Below, in pieces: positions 27,276 through 39,569 of a stretch of 64,000 bases of DNA. The stretch is from Somniosus microcephalus (lineage: Eukaryota), in assembly GCA_052327205.1 (NCBI GenBank), contig CM126214.1, positions 930,001 through 994,000 of the forward strand, read 5' to 3'. Every line of letters starts with the position of its first letter. The stretch's first letter is position 1. The notes below the pieces were generated by a model. The model was given only the letters and a program-made list of their open reading frames with translations. It made no database searches and was not told the DNA's origin. The translations under genes and the position numbers were made by a program.

Positions 27276-27595
27276 GTCATTGAGTTTACATTCAGTATAT
27301 TTTTGGATGCTTGTAGTCGCCACGGCAATTGTGAGAGGGTTAACCCAGAGCCATTAAGGTTTCTGATGGTCTTATGAGAGCGATGCCGGTTTGTGCTGAT
27401 TGCTGCTGTGGTCACTTGGGCTGTGGTCACTTGGGCTGTGGTCACTTGGGCTCTTGTTCCCCGGTTTCTGTTCTCACTCGTCCTGGAGATGAGCAGGATG
27501 GAGGAAGAATTCCAGCCCACTCTGCTCGCAGTATAGCTGAGTTCTGCAGGTTGTCCCTGGGGGGGTAGTATTGATGCTGCGCAGGATGAATGTTA

Positions 27596-27698
27596 AATAA
27601 CAACAGAAAGCGCTGGAAAAACTCAGCAGGCCAGGCAACATCCGTGGAGAGAGAAACAGAGTTAACGTTTCAGGTCGAAGACCCTTCGTCAGAACTGA
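27596..27698 (-). mobile_element. Solo Penelope-like terminal-repeat fragment
   Basis: Similar to 44477-44576 (gctggaaaaactcagcagg.caggcaacatccgtggagaga). Confidence 0.8.
27660..27696 (-). ncRNA. Minimal type I hammerhead ribozyme motif with intact core
   Basis: Minus strand reads AGUU-CUGACGA-A-GGGUC(UUC)GACCU-GAAA-CG-UU-AACU. Confidence 0.75.
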
Positions 27699-28338
27699 AT
27701 GTTGCTCACGTAGAGAGGTTAGTTTGGTCTCCACATCCCTTGCGGCTGCCTGGACCTGAGAGGGATCTTCAGAGAGCTGCAGGCCTCCTTAGTGAGTAAA
27801 AATAAACCACAAACGGTTCATAAAATCAGAGCCCATGGGACTGACTGGGTTATTGTCTGACATATAGTTCACTCCGGCAGTGCTGCTTACAGTGAGGGCA
27901 TGAGTCTTACTGGGACCCTGTGTAACTATAAATTGTTGTATCATTCTAAATAACTTTGGTTTCTTGAGTAAAATCTGATCTTTGGTGTTTGTGGAGGAGC
28001 TGAGATCGTGATGAGGAGAGTGGTGATTGTGGTATGGGCTCGTAGATGTACAGTATACTGTCTAATCTTATATGGGGGGGGGGAATCAGCAAAGGGCTAA
28101 ACTCCCAGCTATAATCAGGAGCCAAGGGGTTAAACCCCACGGGAATATTGGGAGCTGTGTGTATAATCGAGGGGAATATTTTACTGGGACCAAACTAACA
28201 TGCACAAAAGCCTTGACATTAATATCGACATTGTGCAAGAAGAATGTCATCCTACAAACACTCATTTAAAAAGGCAAGTCCGAGGGAGAGTCCTGGCACA
28301 GTGTTGGCCAAATGCACTGCACGGGGAAGTGAAGAAGC

Positions 28339-28430
28339 AAAGAACTTGCAATTAAATAGTGACTTAACATGACCTCAGGACGCCCCAAAATGCTTCACAG
28401 TCGATGGATTCCTTTTAAATTGCAGTTGCT
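28339..28430 (-). mobile_element. Deu-type SINE (SacSINE1-like) 3' tail remnant
   Basis: Reverse complement resembles the recalled tail ctgtaaagcgctttgggacgtcctgaggtcgtgaaaggcgctatataaatgcaagt. Confidence 0.55.
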
Positions 28431-28529
28431 GCTCTAGGTATTGGGGAGTGGAATGGATCTTGTCTGGTATCGGGAGTGGGGAATGTTCGGGGGAGCTTAA
28501 ACTCACAGGATTTTTGGACTGTTGCTCTT

Positions 28530-29386
28530 CCTTGGATATGGGAGTGGTGCCAGAGGATTGCAAATGTTACACCCCTGTTCAAAAAAGAGGAGAGGGATAA
28601 ACCCGGCAATTACAGGCCAGTCAGTGGTGGGGGAACTTTTAGAGAATAATCCGGGACAAAGTTAATTGGCACTTGGAAAAGTATGGGCTAATAAATGCAA
28701 GTCAGCACAGATTTGTTAAAGGCAAATCGTGTTTCAGTAACTTGATTGAGTTCTTTGAAGTAACAGAGAGGGTTGATGAGGATCGTGCGGTTGATGTTGT
28801 GTATATGGACTTTCAAAAGGTGTTTGACAAAGTACCACATAATAGACTTGTTTGCAAAATTAAAGCCCATGGGATTAATGGGACAGTGGCAGTGTGGATA
28901 CAAAATTGGCTAACGGACAGACAGCAGAGAGTAGTGGTGAACGGTTGTTTTTCAGACTGGAGGGAAGTGTACAGTGGTGTCCCCCAGGGATCGGTGTTGG
29001 ACCACTGCACTTTTTTGATATATATTAATGACCTGGACTTGGGTATACAGGGCATAATTTCAAAGTTTGCAGATGACACGAAACTCAGAAATGTAATAAA
29101 CAATGAGGAGGATAGTAATAGACTTCAGGTGGACATAGACAGACTGGTGAAATGGGCAGACATGTGGCAGATGAAATTTAACGCTGAGAAATGTGAATTG
29201 ATACATTTTGGTAGGAAGAATGAGGAGAGGACATATAAACTAAATGGTACAATTTTAAAGGGGGTGCAGGAACAGAGAGACCTGGGGGTGTACGTACACA
29301 AATCTTTGAAGGTGGCAGGACAAGTTGAGAAAGCTGTTAAAAAAGCATATGGGATCCTTGGCTTTATTAATAAAGGCATAGAGTAC
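28530..29386 (+). mobile_element. CR1 LINE RT fragment, continuing at 31021
   Basis: ORF 28673..29395 (YMDFQKVFDKVPH, PQGSVL, FADD). Confidence 0.92.
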
Positions 29387-31020
29387 ATAACATAAAATAA
29401 GATATAGGAGCAGGAGTAGGCCATTTGGCCCTTCGAGCCTGCTCCGCCATTCAATAAGATCATGGCTGATCTTCGACCTCATCTCCACTTTCCTGCCCGA
29501 TCCCCATATCCCTTGATTCCCTTAACGACTGAGCCTCCACAGCCCTCTGGGGTAGAGAATTTCAAAGATTCTGAGTGAAGAAATTTCTCCTCATCTCAGT
29601 CCTAAATGGCCGACCCCTTATTCTGAGACTGTGACCCCTGGTTCCAGACTCCCCAGCCAGGGGGAACATCCTCCCTGCATCGACCCTGTCAAGCCCTGTA
29701 AAAATGTTGTACGTTTCAATGAGATCACCTCTCATTCTTCTAAACTCCAGAGAATATAGACCCAGTCTACTCAATCTCTCCTCATAGGACAATCCCCCCA
29801 TCCCAGGAATCAGTCTGGTGAACCTTCATTGCACTCCCTCTACGGCAAGTATATCCTTCCTTAGGTAAGGAGACCAAAACTACACACACTACTCCAGGTG
29901 TGGTCTCGCCAGGGCCCTATATAATTGCAGTAAGACATCTTTACTCTTATACTCAAATCCTCTTGTAATAAAGGCCAACATACCATTTGCTTTCTTAGTT
30001 GCTTGCTGTACCTGCATGTTAACTTTCAGTGATTCGTGTACAAGGACACCCAGGTCCCTCTGAACACCAACATTTCCCAAACTCTCACCATTTAAAAAAT
30101 ACTCTGCTTTTCTATTTTTCCTACCAAAGTAGATAACTTCACATTTCTCCACATTATATTTCATTTGCCATGTTCTTGCTCACTCACTTAGCCTCTTTGC
30201 ATCCTCCTCACAACTTACATTCCCACCTAGCTTTGTATCATCAGCAAACTTGGATATACAGGTCCACAATCCCTTATCCGAAACCCTTGGGGCCAGATGT
30301 GTTTCGGAATTCGGAATTTTTCGGATTTCAGAACGGTACTGTTGTTGTTGAACGGTAGCGGTGAGCTGGGCGAACGGTAGCGGTGAGCTGGGGGAACGAA
30401 AAAACTTTCGGTTTTCAGAGCTTTTCGAATTTCAGAATTGCGGATAAGGGATAGTTGACCTGTATTACATTTGGCCCCCTCTTCCAAATCATTGATATAG
30501 ATTGTGAATAGCTGAGGCCCATGCACTGATCCTTGCGGTACCCCACTAGTTACAGCCTGCCAACCCAAAAATGACCCATTTATTCCTACCCTCTGTTTTC
30601 TGTCCGTTAACCAATCCTCAATCCATGCTAATATATTACCCCCAATCCCATGAGCCCTAATTTTGTTTAATAACCTCTTGTGTGGCACCTTATCGAATGC
30701 CTTCTGAAAATCCAAATACACCACATCTACTGGTTCCCCCTTGTCTATTCTGCTAGTTACAACCTCAAAGAACTAACAGATTCGTCAAACACGATTTCCC
30801 TTTCATAAATCCGTGTTGACTCTGCCCAATCCTATTATTATTTTCTAAGTGCCTTGTTACCACGTCCTTAATAATAGATTCTAGCATTTTTCCTACTACT
30901 GATGTCAGGCTAACTGGTCTGTAGTTCCCCATTTTCTCTGCCTCCTTTCTTAAATAGTGGGATTACATTTGCTAATTCCAACCGTTCTAGAATCAATGGA
31001 ATTTTGGAAGGAGACAACCA
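29387..31020 (-). mobile_element. CR1 LINE inserted in antisense into another CR1
   Basis: ORFs 29562..29801, 29889..30164 and 30227..30724. 3' tail near 29390-29470. Confidence 0.92.
30259..30462. mobile_element. Tc1/mariner-pogo MITE (Tigger4/MER46-like)
   Basis: Imperfect TIRs caggtccacaatcccttatccg / cggataagggatagttgacctg, with TA on both sides. Removing it restores CR1 KCNISKFADD. Confidence 0.88.
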
Positions 31021-31432
31021 ATGCAGAGGAGATTTACCAGAATGGTACCAGGGATGAGGGACTTCAGTTATATGGAGAAGCTGGGGTTGTTCTCCTTAGA
31101 GCAGAGAAGGTTAAAAGGAGATTTGATAGAAGTGCTCAAAATCATGAATGGTTTTGATAGAGTAAATAATGAGAAAGTGTTTCCAGTGGCAGGAGGGTTG
31201 GTAACCAGAGGACACAGATTTCAGGCAAAAGAACCAGAGGCGACACAAGGAAACATTTTTTTACACAGCGAGTTCAAAAGGGAATTTGGATAAATACTTG
31301 AAGGGAAAAAAATTACAGGGCCATGAGAAAAGAGCAAGAGAGTGGGATTATTTGGAGAGCTCTACCAAGGAGCCGGCACAGGCACGATAGGCCGAATGGC
31401 CTCCTGTGCTGTATCAGTCTATGGTTCTACAA
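31021..31432 (+). mobile_element. CR1 3' end, probably the remainder of the 28530 element
   Basis: QRRFTRMVPG...RRLKGDLIEV plus a CR1 3'UTR. Confidence 0.85.
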
Positions 31433-31611
31433 TGCAATGGTTGCTGATTACAGAATTAGCGGACTGCTTATTAATGTGCTCCTTGTAATTGGCTCCAACT
31501 CTCCCCACCTCATCCAGTCGATACCAGCACCTGTCATAGCAGAGGCCGGCAGATTGAAGTGTCAGACACAGGCTTTCCCCTCCCTCACTCCACACTCACC
31601 CGGTTACAGCT

Positions 31612-32535
31612 TGCTGTATAACACTGCATCGCAAGGACTGTGTTCAATATAACACTGCCTCCCCGGGACTGTGTTCAATATAACACTGCCTCCCCGGGAC
31701 TGTGTTCAATATAACACTGCCTCCCCGGGACGGTGTTCAATATAACACTGCCTCCCCGGGACTGTGTTCAATATAACACTGCCTCCCCGGGACTGTGTTC
31801 AATATAACACTGCCTCCCCGGGACGGTGTTCAATATAACACTGCCTCCCCGGGACTGTGTTCAATATAACACTGCCTCCCAGGGACTGTGTTCAATATAA
31901 CACTGCCTCCCCGGGACGGTGTTCAATATAACACTGCCTCCCCGGGACGGTGTTCAATATAACACTGCCTCCCCGGGACGGTGTTCAATATAACACTGCC
32001 TCCCAGGGACTGTGTTCAATATAACACTGCCTCCCAGGGACTGTGTTCAATATAACACTGCCTCCCCGGGACTGTTCAATATAACACTGCCTCCCCGGGA
32101 CGGTGTTCAATATAACACTGCCTCCCCGGGACTGTGTTCAATATAACACTGCCTCCCCGGGACTGTGTTCAATATAACACTGCCTCCCCGGGACGGTGTT
32201 CAATATAACACTGCCTCCCCGGGACTGTGTTCAATATAACACTGCCTCCCCGGGACTGTGTTCAATATAACACTGCCTCCCCGGGACTGTGTTCAATATA
32301 ACACTGCCTCCCCGGGACTGTGTTCAATATAACACTGCCTCCCCGGGACGGTGTTCAATATAACACTGCCTCCCAGGGACTGTGTTCAATATAACACTGC
32401 CTCCCCGGGACTGTGTTCAATATAACACTGCCTCCCCGGGACTGTGTTCAATATAACACTGCCTCCCCGGGACGGTGTTCAATATAACACTGCCTCCCAG
32501 GGACTGTGTTCAATATAACACTGCATCCCAAGGAC
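31612..32535. repeat. 31-bp minisatellite, left part
   Basis: gggactgtgttcaatataacactgcctcccc. Confidence 0.97.
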
Positions 32536-34144
32536 TAGGGTTGCAAAATTCCAGGAATTTTTAAAAAAGAGGAAACTTTCCATGGGAATTTTCGGGAATT
32601 TAGAAGTTTTTTGCACACTGATGGGTTTTTTTTCTGGCCCTTATATTATCTTTGTCATCAAAGTAGACATACTGTTCCATACAAATAAAAACAGGCTTTC
32701 AAAACTTTATTTAGGTTATAATTTTTAACTTTATTGAACCCCCACAAGAAAGACCCATCTAAAATAAAATAAAAAGAACGTCAGCTTATTTAGCCTGTAA
32801 TTTGTCCTTATTTTGTCCCTTTGAGTCTCATGAGTCTTCTACTCATCATTGCTCCTCCTGATTCTCTGACTCTGGCTCTGACGTGTCCATTTCCTCCTCT
32901 ATGTTACTGTCTAGCTGTGTGGTGTACACTTCTGTATCTGGCTCAGTAAGTTGTAGGTTCGCCCGGATAGCCACCAGTTTCTCCACTCTCTTGTTAGTCA
33001 GCCTGTTGCGCACCTTTGTATGCATATTCCCAAAAAGTGACCAGTTTGAATGGAAGCAGAGGAACTCTGGGCTGACTGCTGTGAGCTTTGAGTGAAGTTG
33101 TTGCATTTGGATAAATGCTGCTGCATCTTTGTGGCATTCTTTACATATGGCTTTTTGTACAGTGTTTGCACATGTACACAGTCTTTCCATCTATGAGAAG
33201 AGATTGTGTCAATTGGGCTTATACTCACTGGAGTTTAGAAGATTGAGAGGGGATCTCATCGAAACCTATAAAATTCTGTCAGGCCTGGACAGACTAGATG
33301 CAGGAAGGATGTTTCTGATGGCCGGGGAGTCCAGAACCAGGGGTCATAGTCTAAGGATAAGGGTTAAGCCATTTAGGACTGAAATGAGGAGGAATTTCTT
33401 CACCCAGAGAGTGGTGAACCTGTGGAATTCTCTGCCACAGAGGGCGGTGGAGGCCAGTTCATTAAATATATTCAAGAAGGAGTTGGATATATTTCTTAAG
33501 GCTAAAGGGATCAAGGGATATGGGGAGAAGGCAGGGACAGGGTAATGAATTTGGATGATCAGCCATGATCAAATTGAATGGCGGAGCAGGCTCGAAGGGC
33601 CGAATGGCCTACTCCTACTCCAATTTTCTATGTATCTTTAATGCCTGGGGTAAAATGTTTCCACACATCCGATGGTAAACGTGGCATTGTTCTATGCAGA
33701 GAAATAAAGGGCATTCGTCTCTGTGTCGAACTGCGGTGGATCAGCATGATTGCAACAGGGTGAGTAAATTTTTCCTGATACTCCCATGTGATGGAAGCAT
33801 GACCTGTGCACGCACGACGCTACATCACCAATAGAGGGAGCTAATTGCTCATCCACTCATCCAACCAATCAGGACACATTTGTTCACAGTCACACACAGA
33901 ACTTGTAATTATTAAAACAATCCAAGTGAGAAGATAAACATATATTGATTAAGAAATTCCTTAATAATTAAGATTCCATCTCTGTTAGTAATTTTGAGAG
34001 GACCAGTGGAAAAAAAATGAAAGAAATACAAAAAAAAACAATATTATGCTAGCATGTGCTTTTTTGGGCAAAATTCCCAAGCTAAACTTCCCGTGGAAAA
34101 TTTCCGGAAATTTGCTGGAAACTTTCCACCCCTTCACAGCTCTA
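32536..34144 (-). mobile_element. Internally deleted hAT DNA transposon
   Basis: 8-bp TSD ccaaggac (32528-32535 and 34145-34152). Imperfect TIRs tagggttgca / tcacagctcta. BED-finger start MPRLPSDVWKHF...YMCKHC...MQQHLSKC from the ATG at 33687, and hATC motif NWSLFGNMHTKVRNRL...VEKLVAIRANL. Confidence 0.88.
33191..33636 (+). mobile_element. CR1 3' fragment inserted in the hAT BED-finger coding region
   Basis: LGLYSLEFRRLRGDLIETYK...IKGYGEKAG plus 3'UTR. Confidence 0.92.
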
Positions 34145-34716
34145 CCAAGGACTGTGTTCAATATAACGCTACCTCCCCGGGACTGTGTTCAATATAACAC
34201 TGCATCCCAAGGACAGTGTTCAATATAACACTGCCTTTCAGGGACTGTGTTTAATATAACGTTGCCTCCCAGGGACTGTGTTCAATATAACACTGCCTCC
34301 CCGGGACTGTGTTTAATATAACACTGCCTCCCAGGGACTGTGTTTAATATAACACTGCCTCCCAGGGACTGTGTTTAATATAACGCTACCTCCCGGGGAC
34401 TGTGTTCAATATAACACTGCCTCCCCGGGACTGTGTTCAATATAACGCTACCTCCCGGGGACTGTGTTTAATATAACACTGCATCCCAGGGACTGTGTTT
34501 AATATAACGCTACCTCCCCGGGACTGTGTTCAATATAACACTGCCTCCCTGGGACTGTGTTCAATATAACGCTACCTCCCGGGGACTGTGTTTAATATAA
34601 CACTGCCTCCCTGGGACTGTGTTCAATATAACGCTACCTCCCTGGGACTGTGTTCAATATAACACTGCCTCCCTGGGACTGTGTTCAATATAATGCTGCA
34701 TCCCTGGGACTGTGTT
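34145..34716. repeat. 31-bp minisatellite, right part (more diverged)
   Basis: Same unit with variants tttaat, acgctacc and ccctggg. Confidence 0.95.
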
Positions 34717-35696
34717 CTTTAGTGACTGACTGGTGCAGTCAGACATCAGCTGGACTTCTGTTGTCACATCGATGCTATATCACCTGCGAGGGTTTGTTGT
34801 AGGGACACTCACCCTGTAGTTTATCTGGAAGATATTTCACCTCCAGGGTGATACTGTGCTCTGTATATTACCCTGCAATTGTTGGGAGTGCTGAGAATTG
34901 AAAAGGTTTCTGTTGTGCTGATATTTATCTGAACTGTTTACAGGGGGTATTTTTAAAAATGCTCAAAGGATTCAATACAGGAATCATGAGGCAACATTGA
35001 ATCGAAGGTTTAAGACCAATTGGTGATTTTTAATCCGGATTGTGGGTAGCCATGAGGATATTTACAGATAGCCTAGAATTGAAGGATTTAAACCATTTCA
35101 CCTTATCTCCGTCTCATGTAAAAAAAAAAAACAGCATTTGTACCAAACTTCCTGTCACCAGAACTTGTGATCTTTGTGAAAGGATGTTTATAAAAATGGA
35201 CCAAAAACAGTTCAAACCTCATACAGATGTTCAGGTAACAGCAGAAAGTGACTCATTAATCTCCAGTTTCCTCCCCTTAAGTCTGGTTGTGTTCCTTAAT
35301 TTAACCTTTTTGAACCATCTGTACTTTCAGAATTTAGTCAAGTCACTTTTATCCTAAGAAATCTCAAGAAAAGAGTCTTAATAATAAACGCTAATCGATT
35401 GGCATTTTACAATCATATCACCTTGAAATAATTCCCCGAGCTGGGAGAGGCCTGCTTGACTCGGAGCAAACCCGAGATCGCCCTCTCCTCTCGCTCCTTG
35501 CAGAGAAACCAATGTGTGTGCCAGACCCTGAGCGCTTCACAACTCCCTCCCACTACAGACTCCAAACATTCATTGGCAGCAAATCCTTTTCCTTTCCCTG
35601 GAGATGCAGAAAAGCAGCTTCCTCCCCCCACCCCCCCAGATTCTGTCCTCAAACTCATCAACACTTATTTATTTTTCTGATGTCTTGGTTTTTATA

Positions 35697-35870
35697 AATA
35701 AACTTGGAAATTTTGAAGTGGTTTCGGGTGTAATGCAAACCAATAACTTGTATTGACCAACTGTCAAAGGATCTTCATTTTAAAATGTAAATGTTTTTTA
35801 AAGTTTATGTTTGTGTGGAGGCTTCTGTCTTTGTAAATGAAATGTAATAAAAGTTCAACGGTTTTTTGCT
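35697..35870 (+). terminator. Candidate distal poly(A) signals of CRTC1
   Basis: AATAAA at 35697 and 35846 in AT-rich unique sequence, with several TGTA motifs and a downstream T-rich tract. Confidence 0.45.
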
Positions 35871-36296
35871 CGCAGGACTTTGCACCTTATATTCTCACTT
35901 CCTTCCTCCTGAGCCGGAGCCGGATCCTGTCCTGCCCTGGGAGTGTCTGATTCTGACACTGGACAAAGTCTAACATGTCCAATTCTGCATTAATAAGTAG
36001 CTTCATATTGATCAGCGTATTCACCAGAAATTAGAAAATGAGACTGACAGGTCAGACTATTCCTGATAAATCCTATTTGTTTTGTAAATTTCCTGTTGTT
36101 TGTTAATCCTTCTGTGGATCAACCGCTGGGAGCTCACAGCAACTTTCGATCACAATGACCAGCCGAGTAAGGACTCAGTAACCTGGCAGGCGGGCAACTG
36201 GTCTGTGATAGCAACTCCTGAGTTTAGTGCTGGTTTACTCATTCTAAACACCAAGTCAATGCAGGGAAAGGATGAGACCAGTGGCCTCCTACAGGA

Positions 36297-38820
36297 ATAA
36301 GAACATAAGAACATAAGAAATAGGAGCAGGAGTAGGCCAATTGGCCCCTCGAGCCTGCTCCGCCATTCAATAAGATCATGGCTGATCTGATCCTAACCGC
36401 CAATCCACTATGACAGGACTATCTCCTGAATCTAACAGAATTAGACACACGAAAACAGGAGCAGGATCAAGCTACACGGCCCCTGGGCCCGCTCCGCTAC
36501 CCACAGGGCCATGACCTATCCGAACCTAGACTCATGTCCAAATTCCTGCCCGCTCCCCGTAACCCTTAATTCCCTTTTCTACTAGGAAACTGTCTATTTC
36601 TGTTTTAAATTTATGTAATGATGTAGCTTCGACAGCTTTTTGGGGCAGCATATTCCATGGACCTACCACCCTCTGAGTGAAGTAGTTCCTCCTCATCTCA
36701 GTTTTGAAAGAGCAGCCCCTTATTCTAAGACTATGCCCCCTAGTTCTAGTTTCACCCATCATCTGGAACATCCTCCCTGCATCCACCCGATCCAACCCCT
36801 TCATAATCTTACATGTTTCAATACGATCGCCTCTCATTCTTCTGAACTCCAATGAGTAGAGTCCCAATCTACTCAACCTCTCCTCATATGTCCATCCCCT
36901 CATCCCCGGGATTAATCGAGTGAACCTTCTTTGTACTGACTCGAGAGCAAGTATGTCCTTTCTTAAGTATGGACACCAAAACTGTATGCAGTATTCCAGG
37001 TGCGGTCTCACCAATACCTTGTACAACTGAAGCAATACCTCCCTATTTTTATATTCTATCCCCCTAGCAATGAAAGCCAACATTCCATTGGCCTTCTTAA
37101 TCACTTGCTGCACCTGCATACTAACCTTTTGAGTTTCGTGCACCAGGACCCCCAGATCCCTTTGTACTTCAGTACTTTCAAGTTTCTTGCCATTAAGATA
37201 ATAACTTGCTCTACGATTTTTCCTGCCAAAGTGCATAACCTCACACTTTCCAGTATTGTATTCCATCTGCCAAATCTCTACCCACTTACTTAGCCTGTCT
37301 ATGTCCCCTTGCAGGTTTTTTATGTCCTCCTCACTCACTACTTTCCCTCCCATCTTAGTATCATCTGCAAACTTTGACGTGTTACACTCGGTCCCCTCCT
37401 CCAAATCGTTAATATAGATTGTAAAGAGTTGGGGACCCAGCACTGACCCCTGCGGAACACCACTGGTTACTGATTGCCAGTCTGAATATGAACCATTTAT
37501 CCCAACTCTCTGCCTTCTGTTAGATAGCCAATCCTCTATCCATGCCAGAATATTACCCCCAATCCCGTGATTTTTTATCTTAAGCAATAATCTTTTGTGT
37601 GGCACCTTGTCAAATGCCTTTTGGAAGTCTAAATACACTACGTCCACTGGTTCACCTTTATCCACCCTATATGTTACTTCCTCAAAGAACTCCAGCAAAT
37701 TTGTCAAACATGACTTCCCCTTCATAAAACCATGCTGACTTTGTCTTATTAAATTATGATTATCCAAATGTCCTGTTACTGTCTCCTTAATAATGGACTC
37801 CAAAATTTTACCTACCACAGATGTTAGGCTAACCGGTCTATAGTTTCCAGCCTTCTGTCTACTGCCCTTTTTAAATAAGGGTGTTACATTAGCAGTTTTC
37901 CAGTCTGCCGGGACCTTTGCTGAGTCCAGGGAGTTTTGGAAGATTATTACCAATGCATCCGCAATCCCTACCGCCACTTCCCTCAAAACCCTGGGATGTA
38001 AGCCATCAGGTCCAGGTGATTTATCCGCCTTGAGTCCCATTATTTTACCAAGTACTACTTCCTTAGTGATTTTAATCGTATTTAGCTCCTCCCCCCCGAT
38101 AGCCCCCTGCTTGTCAAGTGTTGGGATATTCTTGGTGTCCTCTACTGTAAAGACTGATACAAAATATTCATTCAGTGTTTTTGCCATCTCCATATTTCCC
38201 ACCATTAATTTCCCGGTCTCATCCTCTAAGGGACCAACATTTACTTTAGCCACCCTTTTTCTTTTTATATAACTATAAAAACTCTTACTATCTGTCTTTA
38301 TATTTTTTGCTAATTTACTTTCATAATGTATCTTCCCTTTCTTAATCAATCTTTTTGTTATTTTTTGCTGTCTTTTAAAGTTTTCCCAATCCTCTATCCT
38401 CCCACTAGATTTGGCTACCTTATATGCCCTTGTTTTTAGTCGAATACTATCCTTAATTTCTTTACTTAGCCACGGATGGCTGTCTTTTCTTTTACACCCT
38501 TTTTTTCTCAGTGGAATATACTTTTTTTGGAATTTGTAAAATAACTCCTTAAATGTACACCACTGATCATGTATCGTCTTATCCTTTAACCTATTTTCCC
38601 AATCCACTTTACTCAATTCCGCTCTCATACCTTCATAGTCTCCTTTATTCAAGCTTAGCACGCTTGTTTGAGATACAGCCTCCTCACCCTCTAACTGAAT
38701 ATGGAATTCAACCATGTTATGGTCACTCATTCCAAGGGGATCCTTTACTAGGACATTTTTAATTAATCCTGTCTCGTTACACAGGACCAGATCTAAGGTT
38801 GCTTGCCCCCTGGTTGGTTC
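36297..38820 (-). mobile_element. Young 5'-truncated CR1 LINE with an uninterrupted partial ORF2 (RT domain)
   Basis: 732-aa stop-free ORF 36532..38730 ([26 protein letters not shown]) and an (ataagaac)n tail. Confidence 0.97.
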
Positions 38821-39049
38821 AGTTTGTAATCTCAGCTTCTTATAATGGTTGAGAGTGGGGCGATGCAGGCCGGGGGAGGTCCTTCAGCTCAGATAATTAC
38901 CCCCCCCCCATATGTTAATTTAGTTTCAACACCCATGAGTGTAACTGGATTGGGAGGCTGTATAATAATGAGATCAATGTCTTGTATTCTGCTTGAGTTA
39001 TTGTCCCGATTGTCACCCACAAGTTATTCTTTAAATTGTACCTATGAGA

Positions 39050-39200
39050 GGTACAGGTTGGAATCTAATCGAGGGGCTTATATATAGAATAACAGATACC
39101 CGGGAGTGAGTTACAGACTGGAATCTAATCGAGGGGTTTATATATAGAATAACAGATACCCGGGAGTGAGTTACAGACTGGAATCTATTCGAGGGGTTCG
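39050..39200. repeat. 60-bp tandem repeat, about 2.5 copies
   Basis: ggaatctaatcgagggg.ttatatatagaataacagatacccgggagtgagttacagact. Confidence 0.9.
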
Positions 39201-39569
39201 TGTATATTGGGTAGTGGTACCTGTTTGGTAAATTATAGAATTGCTGTACAGTTTAAGCAGTGATTGGAGTTTTAAGTGCAGTCGAGGCAGGAGTTACTGA
39301 GGTCTGTGCATCTGATTTGAATGTAACTGGAACAAATGTCAACAGAAAATGGATTTGAAGATTGAATTTCTTTTGCTTGATTAATATAGCGGGACACCAG
39401 AATTGTAAGTGTTCCTGTGCGAGTTCAGTGATTATTTTTCAATACAACACAGTGGACGCTTAAGTGAATTAACTTAGCAGGATTAGTGGCTTCATATAAT
39501 GATGAGTGGGAGAAGCAGGGATGCGTTTTCTGTGTTAGCTTAAACGCTTTAACCTGAGCTGCTGTATGT

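Noticed and set aside
36532-38730. Domesticated RT gene
   Set aside because: It is 5'-truncated with a standard CR1 tail; the open frame is explained by recent insertion.
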